Shown here piece by piece: positions 8,530 to 20,969 of a stretch of DNA of 64,000 nt. A model generated the notes under the pieces. The model made no database searches and was not told where the DNA came from. It saw nothing but the letters and a program-made list of their open reading frames with translations. The stretch is from Mycobacterium sp. (GTDB taxonomy: Bacteria > Actinomycetota > Actinomycetes > Mycobacteriales > Mycobacteriaceae). The DNA lies in assembly GCA_020438845.1 (NCBI GenBank), contig JAGQTV010000045.1:16235-80234 (forward strand), in the 5' to 3' direction. The position numbers were made by a program, and so were the translations under genes. Within the stretch, counting starts at the first letter, position 1, and every line of letters begins with the position of its first letter.

Positions 8530-11529
8530 ATGTACACAAGCCGGGCGACGCCGGGCACTGCCCGCTACATAGGACGAATCGGACAGCTCGCGATAGCTCT
8601 CGGCATCGGTGCGGCGATGGTCTCCATGCCCGGCACCGCTGAGGCCGACACCGGTAAACCGGGTGCCGCAGAGGCGGCCGCAGGGGCAGACTCACCGTCG
8701 AGCGCACCGAGGACGAGGTCCACCGCACGCGGCGCAACGAGCACGCCACAGGGCGGAAGGACTTCGACGGCGCACGGAAACCGCACATCCGCGCAACGGT
8801 TCGGCGCGACGCGGAACAATCGCATTTCTGCCCTCCCGCCAGCGCCTTCTGCACCAGCCCTCTCGTCGGCATCAGTCGCGCGTCAGATTCCTAATCCGGC
8901 GGCGCCGGAGGCGGTTACACCACCTTCCCCAGCCCCCACAGTGCTGCCCAAGTCGGCGAGGTCGTCTACCGGCGGGTCGATGACGCATCCGGCCGCCTCT
9001 GCCCCCGTGATGACAGCAGGTACTCCCGTGGTGCCCAGCGGATCGGTGTCGGGACTGGGTTCAGCGGCCACCTGGTTGGGTTCCGGAGGCGGCGATAGCG
9101 CCCCATCCTCTGCACCTCTAGCTTGGGCGGTCGCCGCAGTCGCCCGCCGGGAATTCAGCACCGTGTCGACCGCTACCGCGGCCGCCGTCACCACCACTGG
9201 ACAGTCGACTACGCTCGGGGACTTCATTCGCAAGTTCATCGGCAACGGAACCGCCGATCACCCGGACGCCGGCATCCTGTTCGGCAACGGCTTCAGCTAC
9301 GACGCCCAGACGTGCCTTGGCCAGACCGTCTGCAACGGCGGTAAAGCCGGACTGCTGGGCAACGGCGGAGACGGTTACAACGGCGGAAACGGTGGTGCCG
9401 CAGGCTGGTTCGGACGTGGCGGGAACGGCGGAGACGGTTACGCCGGGCAGTCCGGAGGCAACGGTGGTCGCGGTGGCTTGTTCACGGGCAGCGGCGGAAA
9501 CGGCGGCGACGGTGGCGACGCCGAGGCGGCGGCCGGCAACGGCGGCGACGGCGGCAATGGGAGCTTCATCCTCGGCCACGGGGGCGACGGCGGAAATGGC
9601 GGCAACGGGGGCCAGAGCGGTACCGGCGGCGCGGCAGGCAAAGCCCGTTTCATGCTCGTCTTCCCCAGAAACGGCACTCCCGGAACCGACGGTCTGTCCG
9701 GCGGCTGTCCTGCGGCGGGATGCGCTCTCCCGGCATCGAGAACCTTCGCTCCCTACATCGACATGGCTTCGATGACCCAACGGGCACAGACGTGGTACAT
9801 GAATGACAGCGTCGCGCCGGCAACATCGGGCACTCCGAGCCTGGTAGCCACCATGCAGAAGACCGGAATCGAAGCGGCCACACTGGCTTTCGTGAACCAG
9901 AGCGCCGCAGGAGGCGACTACATCTGGGGAAGTTCGGCTGACTCAGCTAACACCTTCGGCTCGCCCACTGGCGTCGCGATCAAAGCCGATATCGCGGCGG
10001 CCTTGGCTAACGGACTCAAGACCATCGTGTCATTCGGCGGGATCACCGCCTGCCAAAACAGGGTTGAGATCGGCCAGCTCAACGGCAAGGCAGCCTCAAG
10101 CCAAAGCAGCCAGGTATCGGCGACCGGACAGACTACCGTCGTGCTGCCCTTGGACACACCGATCGACTTCGCCGGTATGGAGACCGGAAGCATCAGTGGG
10201 CAGTTCCTCGTCTACGGCGCGGTGACCGAGCTGTACCAAGTCGACGCGGCCGGAAATTTCACGTTCAGCCACCAGGTGACCTGGCCCGTGCCGAAGGCAG
10301 TCTCGGGCGCCATCTCGCCGGACGGCGCCACCGTGAGCATCACCCTCGACACACCGCTGACCGCCAACCTCGGCAACGCCAGCACCGTGCTGAGCTACGG
10401 CCTGCAAGATGGCTTCGTGGCGATGAAGCAGGCCTACCACGATGCCATGCAGTACTTCTACGACATGGGCATCCGCCACTTCGACCTCGACATCGAAGGA
10501 CCGGCTCTGGGAATCGACCAGGCCGGGATCAACAACCAGCGCAACCGCGTATTCAAGGCGTTCCAGGACGATAACACCTTCCCGGGAATGGAACTGTCTT
10601 ACGTCCTGCCCATCGGACCCAACTCAGGATGGGCGCCGACGACCGACCCGGGACGCCTGATTCAGTCGGCTGGCCAGATCGGACTGGACGTCAGCACCTG
10701 GAACATGATGGCCTTCGACTACGGTCCCCAGGTGTACACCTACATGCTGGCCAATAACAAGAACATGGTCGACATGCTGATCGCAGAGGCCGACACCGGT
10801 ATCACCGTCGCCTCATTCCCGATCAAGGGCGCAGTCGACTACCTTGTCGACTACGGTTTGGCGACCGACCGGCAGGACGCCTTCCAGAAACTCGGTGTCA
10901 CGCTGATGGTCGGCCAGGATGACACCGTCTACGAACCGGGTTACCCCAATTACCCCATCCCGGCCGGTTACTCGCCCTACGATGCCGCCGTGGTCGAGGC
11001 CATCACCCCTGCCCAGGTAGGCGGGACAGGCACTACCGTCATGCAGTGGGCCGCTGCCAACGACGTCGGACTGCTGTCGTTCTGGTCGCTCGGCCGGGAT
11101 CGGCCCAGCTACAACACAACGGCTTACAACCCGACGTGGTCGGTGACGTATCAGACCGGATCGCCGGCAGCCGCCAATGTCGAAACCGCGCAAGTGGCCG
11201 GCGCGGGTGCCACAACGGTCGACCTGCCGTTCACGCCAACATCGCGTGGTCTGGTCAGCGGGCAGCTATTCGGGCCGGGCGGCAACTGGATCGGTTCCTT
11301 CAACATCGCGTCGGACAACTCGCTGATCATCACCTCGGTCTCACCGCAAGCGCAAGCCAAGCCCGTCGGAGGCTCCATCGACCCAGCATCCGGCATGTTA
11401 ACGGCCACATTCGACGGGGGCGTCGCGAGCACGATCTGGGGTCAGATCAACTATCAGCCCCTGATCCTGCAGGAGTACCAGAGTGAAGACCTGGTCTACA
11501 CGACGCTGCTCAATGCTTACGACGGATGA
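8530..11529 (+). CDS. Secreted PGRS-like protein carrying a GH18 (chitinase-like, PF-ChiA subgroup) catalytic domain with two inserted domains
   Basis: Signal peptide GRIGQLAIALGIG...AEA-D; GNGG repeats; GH18 motifs FAPYIDM, TLAFV, IVSFGG, HFDLDIEG, NMMAFDYG, LGVTLMVGQDD and LSFWSLGRDR. Confidence 0.8.
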   Translation: MYTSRATPGTARYIGRIGQLAIALGIGAAMVSMPGTAEADTGKPGAAEAAAGADSPSSAPRTRSTARGATSTPQGGRTSTAHGNRTSAQRFGATRNNRISALPPAPSAPALSSASVARQIPNPAAPEAVTPPSPAPTVLPKSARSSTGGSMTHPAASAPVMTAGTPVVPSGSVSGLGSAATWLGSGGGDSAPSSAPLAWAVAAVARREFSTVSTATAAAVTTTGQSTTLGDFIRKFIGNGTADHPDAGILFGNGFSYDAQTCLGQTVCNGGKAGLLGNGGDGYNGGNGGAAGWFGRGGNGGDGYAGQSGGNGGRGGLFTGSGGNGGDGGDAEAAAGNGGDGGNGSFILGHGGDGGNGGNGGQSGTGGAAGKARFMLVFPRNGTPGTDGLSGGCPAAGCALPASRTFAPYIDMASMTQRAQTWYMNDSVAPATSGTPSLVATMQKTGIEAATLAFVNQSAAGGDYIWGSSADSANTFGSPTGVAIKADIAAALANGLKTIVSFGGITACQNRVEIGQLNGKAASSQSSQVSATGQTTVVLPLDTPIDFAGMETGSISGQFLVYGAVTELYQVDAAGNFTFSHQVTWPVPKAVSGAISPDGATVSITLDTPLTANLGNASTVLSYGLQDGFVAMKQAYHDAMQYFYDMGIRHFDLDIEGPALGIDQAGINNQRNRVFKAFQDDNTFPGMELSYVLPIGPNSGWAPTTDPGRLIQSAGQIGLDVSTWNMMAFDYGPQVYTYMLANNKNMVDMLIAEADTGITVASFPIKGAVDYLVDYGLATDRQDAFQKLGVTLMVGQDDTVYEPGYPNYPIPAGYSPYDAAVVEAITPAQVGGTGTTVMQWAAANDVGLLSFWSLGRDRPSYNTTAYNPTWSVTYQTGSPAAANVETAQVAGAGATTVDLPFTPTSRGLVSGQLFGPGGNWIGSFNIASDNSLIITSVSPQAQAKPVGGSIDPASGMLTATFDGGVASTIWGQINYQPLILQEYQSEDLVYTTLLNAYDG
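9241..9640 (+). repeat. PGRS-like Gly/Asn-rich repeat tract (GNGG, GGxGG) within the GH18 gene
   Basis: Repeated ggcaacggc/ggcggcgacggc; protein GNGGDGYNGGNGGAAGWFGRGGNGG. Confidence 0.85.
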
Positions 11530-11550
11530 CCGGAGTGATCAGCGCGCGGT

Positions 11551-12333
11551 TCATCCCCACAGTCCGAGGACGTTCCCACCGAGTCGGATGATGAACGCAC
11601 TCACGACCAGGATGAAGAAGACCCGCACGAAGCGGGCACCGCGGGAGACAGCCACCCGAGCGCCCACGTAGCCGCCGACCAGATTGCAGGCGCCCATCAC
11701 CAGGCCTACCTTCCACAGCACGGCGCCCTGCGGCACGAACAGCGCGAGCGCGCCGAGATTGGTGGCCCAGTTGGCGAGACGGGCCTTCGCGGAGGCCTCG
11801 AGGAAGGAGTAGCCGAGCAGTCCGACGAGAGCGAACACCAGGAAGCTGCCAGTGCCGGGACCAAGCGCACCGTCATAGAAGCCAATCGTGAAGCCAACCG
11901 CGAGGGCGGCGGCGAGATGCCGGCTGCCGGCATAGCGGAGTGCGGTTGCCTCGCCAAGGTTCGGCTTGCGGAGGACAAAGGCCCCGACGACGATAAGCAC
12001 GAGAAGCACGATCGGCTCGAAGGCCTTGCGCGGGATCTGGCTGGCCACCAGCGCGCCGCAGAACGAGCCCGCGAACGCCAGCACCATCATCGGCAAGAAA
12101 GTGCGTGCGTCGGGCTTAATGCGCCGGTAGTACGTTGCCGAACTCGCCGTCGTGCCGCAGATCGAACCGAGCTTGTTGGTGGCCAGGATCTGGGTGGGCG
12201 CGGCGTTCGGCAGCCCGAGCAGGAGTGCGGGCAGCTGGATCAGTCCGCCCCCGCCGACCACCGCGTCCACGAACCCCGCCGCCACCGCGGCCAGCCCGAG
12301 CAGGACCAGCACGGTCAGCGTCGGGTCCGCCAC
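11551..12333 (-). CDS. TSUP (TauE/SafE) family membrane transporter
   Basis: GTG start at 12333; AGFVDAVVGGGGLIQLPALL, ATNK and GFYDGALGPGTGSFL motifs. Confidence 0.85.
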   Translation of the reverse strand: MADPTLTVLVLLGLAAVAAGFVDAVVGGGGLIQLPALLLGLPNAAPTQILATNKLGSICGTTASSATYYRRIKPDARTFLPMMVLAFAGSFCGALVASQIPRKAFEPIVLLVLIVVGAFVLRKPNLGEATALRYAGSRHLAAALAVGFTIGFYDGALGPGTGSFLVFALVGLLGYSFLEASAKARLANWATNLGALALFVPQGAVLWKVGLVMGACNLVGGYVGARVAVSRGARFVRVFFILVVSAFIIRLGGNVLGLWG

Positions 12334-12344
12334 GATGCAGACTC

Positions 12345-13667
12345 TCAGCGCGCGGCAGCGTCGGCGGCATCGACACTGGCCAGGTCGATGCCTTTGGACT
12401 CGCGCGCGAATGCCAGCGCGATCAAGGTGATGACGGCGGCCCCAGCCAGGTAGATGGCGATCGGCACTGAGGACCTGTAGGTCTGCAGCAGTCGGACCGC
12501 GATGATCGGCGCTAGCGAACCGGCGAAGATTGCCGTCACCTGATAGCCAAGGGAGACACCGGAATAGCGCATTCGGGTGGGAAACATCTCGGCCAGCAAT
12601 GACGGCTGTGGAGCGAACATCAGACCGTGGGCCACCAGACCGAGTGCGATCGCGGCGATGATCAACGCGTACCGTCCCGTGTCCATCATCGGGAAGGCGA
12701 AGAACCCCCACGCACCGGCCCCGAGTGCACCGATCAGATACACAGGCTTTCGCCCGTAGTGGTCCGCCGCCCGCCCCGCCTGCGGGATCACCACGAAGTG
12801 CACGGCATGCGCGATGAGTAGCCACCACAGGATGTGAGCGGTGTCGGCCTTCACCTGAATCTTGAGGTAGGTGATCGAGAAGGTGACTACCAGGTAGTAG
12901 AGAATGTTCTCCACCACCCGCAGGCCCATTGCGGTGAAAACCCCACGGGGATAACGCTTGAGCACCTCGATAACCCCGTAGGAGCTGGTCTTGAACTGCT
13001 CGGCCTCCTGTTGGGCGGCGACGAATATGGGTGCGTCGCTGACCTTGGTTCGGATGTAGTAGCCGATCAGCACCACCACTGCCGACAGCCAGAAGGCGAC
13101 GCGCCACCCCCAGGACAGGAACGCAGTATCGGACAACGTGGTCGTCAGGCTCAACAGCACGACGGTGGCCAGCGCGTTGCCGACGGGGACGGCCGCTTGA
13201 GGCCAACTGGACCAGAACCCGCGGGTCGGGTTGGGGCTGTGTTCGGCCACGAGCAGGATCGCCCCGCCCCACTCGCCGCCCACCGCAAAACCCTGAACGA
13301 AACGCAGGACGACCAGAAGGGCAGGGGCCCAATATCCGATCTGCGCGAAAGTCGGCAGGCATCCCATCAAGAATGTGGCTAGGCCAACCAACAACAGGCT
13401 GAACTGCAACAGCTTCTTGCGGCCGTATTTGTCGCCGAAGTGGCCGAAAACCACACCGCCCAACGGCCGAGCCGCGAAGCCCACCGCGTAGGTGACGAAG
13501 GCAGCCAAGATGGCGTCGAGATCGCTGGTGCCCTTGGCAAAGAAGACCTTATTGAAGACGATGGTGGCCGCAGTGCCGTAGAGGAAGAACTCATACCACT
13601 CCACCACAGTGCCGGCCATCGAGGCGGCGACAACCCGGCGCAACCCGGTCGTACTTGAAGTCGTCAT
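12345..13667 (-). CDS. MFS transporter, metabolite:H+ symporter family
   Basis: RBS GAAGGA then ATG at 13667; GTVVEWYEFFLYG, RPLGGVVFGHFGDKYGRK and QGFAVGGEWGGA motifs. Confidence 0.88.
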   Translation of the reverse strand: MTTSSTTGLRRVVAASMAGTVVEWYEFFLYGTAATIVFNKVFFAKGTSDLDAILAAFVTYAVGFAARPLGGVVFGHFGDKYGRKKLLQFSLLLVGLATFLMGCLPTFAQIGYWAPALLVVLRFVQGFAVGGEWGGAILLVAEHSPNPTRGFWSSWPQAAVPVGNALATVVLLSLTTTLSDTAFLSWGWRVAFWLSAVVVLIGYYIRTKVSDAPIFVAAQQEAEQFKTSSYGVIEVLKRYPRGVFTAMGLRVVENILYYLVVTFSITYLKIQVKADTAHILWWLLIAHAVHFVVIPQAGRAADHYGRKPVYLIGALGAGAWGFFAFPMMDTGRYALIIAAIALGLVAHGLMFAPQPSLLAEMFPTRMRYSGVSLGYQVTAIFAGSLAPIIAVRLLQTYRSSVPIAIYLAGAAVITLIALAFARESKGIDLASVDAADAAAR

Positions 13668-13700
13668 TTTTCGATCCTTCCGGGTCATAGGGTAGAGGTC

Positions 13701-14464
13701 ATGCCGTTTCTCGAGCACTCACGCGGGCCGGTGTACTACCAGCACTGGGCAGCCGCCGAGCCGTCCGCCGTGGTGGTCTTCCTGCACGGGTTTGGCGAGA
13801 ATACCGCGCTCTACCATCGCTACGGCTTCGCCCTCAACGCCGCCGGCATCGATCTGTGGGCGGTCGACCAGTTCGGCCACGGCCGGTCCCCTGGAGAGCG
13901 CGGGCAGTTCGGAACCCTTGAAGACAGTTCCGAACTGGCCGAGCGTGTCACCGAACTCGCGGAGACCACGCGGCCCGGTTTACCCCTTGTCGCACAGGGG
14001 CATTCGTACGGAGCGGTGGTAACGCTTTTCCGGCTGCTGCAGCATCCCCAACGCTATCGGGCCGGGGTGATCTCCGGTGCACCGCTGGTACCGATCCGTG
14101 CGCTGCTCGACCTGAACACCGCGATGAACATCGACACTCGAGGACTGTCCAGCGACCCGTTCTACCTGGACTGCGTCAACAACGATCCGCTGGCGTTCAC
14201 CACTGCCGATAGCCGGACTCTGACCCGCGAACTGGACCGAGGATGGGACCATTTCGGCGTCGAACTACCCAAGCTCGCAGTGCCGACCCTGGCCGTTCAC
14301 GGCGGAGCCGACCCGATTGCCGCTCCCGGGGCCGTACGCGCCTACGCCGAGCAGATTCCCCCGCTGCGATATCGGGAGTTCACCGGGGGTCGGCACGACA
14401 TTCTCAATGACTCCATGCACCGCGAAGTCGCCGAGACCATCGTCGCCTTCGTCCGCGAGCACAC

Positions 14465-14468
<4 letters not shown>
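13701..14468 (+). CDS. Alpha/beta hydrolase (lysophospholipase/monoacylglycerol lipase-like)
   Basis: HGFGE, DQFGHG, GHSYG nucleophile and C-terminal HDILND; TAGGGT -10 hexamer 7 nt before ATG suggests a leaderless transcript. Confidence 0.82.
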
Positions 14469-18024
<3,556 letters not shown>

Positions 18025-18063
18025 TGCAATGCCTCCCGACGGTGCGTTACTCAAAGCCAAGGC

Positions 18064-18077
18064 TAGAACACGTTACG
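18064..18077. promoter_or_regulatory. Imperfect KstR operator TAGAACACGTTACG
   Basis: Matches TnnAACnnGTTnnA except at the last base; upstream of hsaA. Confidence 0.6.
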
Positions 18078-18131
18078 ATTTGTGTCGAGCAGGGTGAACT
18101 CGTGCCTGCTGGTTTAGCGCATTACCTTTTC

Positions 18132-18145
18132 TAGAACCTGTTCTA
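18132..18145. promoter_or_regulatory. KstR operator TAGAACCTGTTCTA
   Basis: Exact match to TnnAACnnGTTnnA, between hsaA and the kshB position. Confidence 0.92.
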
Positions 18146-18169
18146 GTTAGGGAAGGGAAAGATCCGCTC

Positions 18170-18463
18170 GTGACGACCGCCGATCAGCCGGCTACAGCCA
18201 TTGTGCACCTCGACGGCCAAGCCCACACCGTGTCGTGGCCCCGCGATGAGATACTTCTCGACGTTCTGCTCGAGCAGGGCATCGAAGCACCGTACTCATG
18301 CCGGGAGGGGCACTGCGGCGCGTGCGCTGTGACCAAGCTCAGCGGCGAGGTGGAGATGGAAACCAACGACGTTCTCGAGTCCGACGATCTGGCGGAGGGG
18401 CTGATCCTGGCCTGCCAGTCACGGCCGGTATCGGAGTCGGTTGAGGTGAGCTACGACGTGTAG
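18170..18463 (+). CDS. Stand-alone [2Fe-2S] ferredoxin equivalent to the C-terminal domain of KshB; FAD/NAD reductase domains absent
   Basis: PATAIVHLDGQAHTVSWPR...YSCREGHCGAC...LILACQSRP resembles the remembered KshB C-terminus; occupies the kshB position; purine-rich RBS. Confidence 0.85.
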   Translation: MTTADQPATAIVHLDGQAHTVSWPRDEILLDVLLEQGIEAPYSCREGHCGACAVTKLSGEVEMETNDVLESDDLAEGLILACQSRPVSESVEVSYDV

Positions 18464-18472
18464 CCGAGCCGC

Positions 18473-18628
18473 TTAGCCGGCCTGCCTGCAGACGTCGGCT
18501 CCGATCACCTTGCAGGCCAGCTGCCGGGCCTGCTCGTTGGTCATCAGCAGCCAGGCGAGTTCGCGTGCCTGGTCGTCGGAAACCAACAGTCGGGCCAGGC
18601 GTCGAGCCTGTTCACTCTTCAGTTCCAT
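18473..18628 (-). CDS. Putative 51-aa protein with three 13-aa QARxLA repeats (below the ORF-track cutoff)
   Basis: Hand translation MELKSEQARRLARLLVSDDQARELAWLLMTNEQARQLACKVIGADVCRQAG*; 41 of 51 codons end in G/C; synonymous variation between repeats. Confidence 0.6.
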   Translation of the reverse strand: MELKSEQARRLARLLVSDDQARELAWLLMTNEQARQLACKVIGADVCRQAG

Positions 18629-18688
18629 ACCTTCCGTTGTACCCGCGGTGCACCCACAGAAGGCCGCGCACAGGAAGCTATCAGCAGA

Positions 18689-20791
18689 TCAACGGGGTAG
18701 ACCCAGCAACCGCTCGCCGGCCATGGTCAACAGGATCTGTTCGGTGCCACCGGCGATCGACAGACAGCGGCTGTTCAAGAAGCCATGCACGGCTTCGTCG
18801 ACGACCGCCCCGGCGCCGGCAGACATCTCCATCCGGAACTCTTCGAGCGCCTGCCGGTAGCGCACGCCGATCAACTTGCGGGCGCTGGCTTCGGCCGTGG
18901 TGTCCCGGCCTCCGACCGCCAATTGCGCGATGCGCTGGTCCAGTAGCGATCCGACCTGCGCGGCCAGTAGCAACTCACCGAGCCGGTCCACCTCGGCCGG
19001 GTCGAGTTGACGCTCGGACAAGCCGCGCAGCATCTCCTCCATCGGATTGCCCAATGCCGTCCCATGTGCCATCGCGACCCGCTCGTTGGCCAGCGTGGTG
19101 CGGGCCAACCGCCACCCGTCGTTGACAGTGCCCACCACCATCTCGTCGGGAACGAACACGTCGTCGAAGAAGACCTCGTTGAACAGGTCGTCGCCGGTGA
19201 TCTCCCGCAGCGGACGGATCACGATGCCCGGCGAACTCATGTCAACCAGAAAGTAGGTGATGCCCTTGTGCTTGGGCACCTCGGCGTCGGTTCGGGCCAG
19301 ACAGATTCCCCAGTGCGCCTTCTGCGCCGCCGATGTCCATACCTTCTGGCCGGTGAGCCTCCAACCTCCCTCGGCACGAACCGCTTTCGTACGCAGCGAC
19401 GCGAGATCCGAACCCGCCTCCGGCTCACTGAACAGCTGGCACCAGATGATCTCGCCACGCAGTGTCGCCGGGACGAAGCGGTCGATCTGGTCCGGGGTTC
19501 CGAATTCCAGGATGGTCGGCACCGCCCACCAGCCGATAACGAGATCGGGGCGCTGCACACCGGCCCGATCCAGCTCCTGGTCGATGAGTAGTTGTTCGGC
19601 CGGGCCTGCCTTCCTGCCGTAGGGCTTCGGCCAGTGCGGGGCCAGCAGCCCGGACTCAGCCAGCGCCACCTGTCGCTGCTCGACTGGAAGGTCCGCGATA
19701 CCGGCGGCCAGGGCGACGATCTCGGGCCTCAGCTGCGACACAGAGTCGAGGTCGATGTTCAGTTCGCGGCGCACGCCCTGCACGGTGAGGACCGCAACGC
19801 GGCGCAGCCAGTCGGACCGACCGCCGAGGAACTGCGAAATCCCATACGCACGACGCAGATACAAGTGCGCGTCATGCTCCCAGGTGATGCCGATCCCGCC
19901 AAGCACCTGAATGCAGGTCTTTGTGTTGAACTTTGCGGACTCGATGCCGATGGCCGCGGCAACCGGTGCAGCGAGGGCGAGTTGGATTTCATCAGTGGCC
20001 GCCACCGCGGCGTCCGCAGCAGCCGCCGACACCTGCTGGGACCGCAGAAGCATCTCTGCGCACAGGTGCTTGACGGCTTGAAAGCTGCCGATCGGCTTGC
20101 CGAACTGTTCGCGAACTTTCGCGTACTGCGCCGCCGTGTCCAGTGCCCAGCGGGCGACACCGGCGGCCTCGGCCGAAAGGACCGTCGCAGCGAGATCCCG
20201 GAACCGCGGGCGCGAGAACGACAGTGGGGTAACCGGCACACAGTCCAGCGTCACCCGGGCCAACGGCCTGGAGAAGTCCGTCGCCGTGAGCGACTCAACC
20301 AACACCCCGCCGACGCGGGCGTCGACCAGCACGATCCGCTCCCCCACCGGGAGCAGCAAGACCCCGTCGGACTCGGCGCCCAACACGTAGTCGACCGATC
20401 CTGAAACCCGACCGGAGTCTTCCGACAAGTCCGCATCGACGGCAACCCCGGCCGTCCGATGGCCGGACGCAAATGCCTGCAGCAGAACGGGATCAGTCAC
20501 CACAATGGTCGCCAGCGCGGTGGTGGCCACCGGCCCCGGAACCAAAGCGCGGGCGGCCTCCTCGACCACGGCGCACAAGTCGGCCACCGAACCCCCGGCA
20601 CCGCCGCAGTCCTCGCTGACCGCGACGTCGAACAGGCCTAACTCGGCCAACCCCGAGTACACCGGCCGCCAGGCACTGGGCCGGCCCGCCTCGACCGCGC
20701 GAACCGCAGCGGGCGCATCGACACGACCTGCCCAATCTCTGACCAATTCCCGGACTGCTGACTGATGGCCGGTGGTGATCGCAGACACCAT
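18689..20791 (-). CDS. fadE34: Fused two-domain acyl-CoA dehydrogenase FadE34 (ChsE3)
   Basis: 700 aa with two ACAD halves; WCQLFSEPEAGSDLASL and IAGGTEQI motifs; divergent from kstR. Confidence 0.92.
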   Translation of the reverse strand: MVSAITTGHQSAVRELVRDWAGRVDAPAAVRAVEAGRPSAWRPVYSGLAELGLFDVAVSEDCGGAGGSVADLCAVVEEAARALVPGPVATTALATIVVTDPVLLQAFASGHRTAGVAVDADLSEDSGRVSGSVDYVLGAESDGVLLLPVGERIVLVDARVGGVLVESLTATDFSRPLARVTLDCVPVTPLSFSRPRFRDLAATVLSAEAAGVARWALDTAAQYAKVREQFGKPIGSFQAVKHLCAEMLLRSQQVSAAAADAAVAATDEIQLALAAPVAAAIGIESAKFNTKTCIQVLGGIGITWEHDAHLYLRRAYGISQFLGGRSDWLRRVAVLTVQGVRRELNIDLDSVSQLRPEIVALAAGIADLPVEQRQVALAESGLLAPHWPKPYGRKAGPAEQLLIDQELDRAGVQRPDLVIGWWAVPTILEFGTPDQIDRFVPATLRGEIIWCQLFSEPEAGSDLASLRTKAVRAEGGWRLTGQKVWTSAAQKAHWGICLARTDAEVPKHKGITYFLVDMSSPGIVIRPLREITGDDLFNEVFFDDVFVPDEMVVGTVNDGWRLARTTLANERVAMAHGTALGNPMEEMLRGLSERQLDPAEVDRLGELLLAAQVGSLLDQRIAQLAVGGRDTTAEASARKLIGVRYRQALEEFRMEMSAGAGAVVDEAVHGFLNSRCLSIAGGTEQILLTMAGERLLGLPR

Positions 20792-20856
20792 CGTCTCCTC
20801 ACGTTCGGTCGGCAGGGCCGGAAAAGGGCTTGATCAACATGACGCCTGCGGCCCAC

Positions 20857-20870
20857 TAGAACGTGTTCTA
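20857..20870. promoter_or_regulatory. KstR operator TAGAACGTGTTCTA
   Basis: Exact match to TnnAACnnGTTnnA in the fadE34-kstR intergenic region. Confidence 0.93.
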
Positions 20871-20969
20871 ATAGTGCCAGCGATCAGGCGTCAAGTCGAA
20901 GGTTCGGACGGGGAGTCGGGACTGGAAGTCCAGACCGGATGTCCAGACCGGGAAGGAGTCGAGGCACCG

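Noticed and set aside
8530-9640. PE_PGRS gene / ESX-5 substrate
   Set aside because: No PE domain or YxxxD/E motif; the N-terminus is a Sec-type signal peptide.
12334-13362. 603-aa ORF suggesting a long TSUP fusion
   Set aside because: The N-terminal part overlaps the MFS gene in another frame and has no family signal; TSUP starts at GTG 12333.
20928-20951. GTCCAGACCGG repeated twice in the kstR leader
   Set aside because: Real but short (11 bp x2) and in GC-rich DNA, with no matching motif elsewhere in the window; too weak to interpret.
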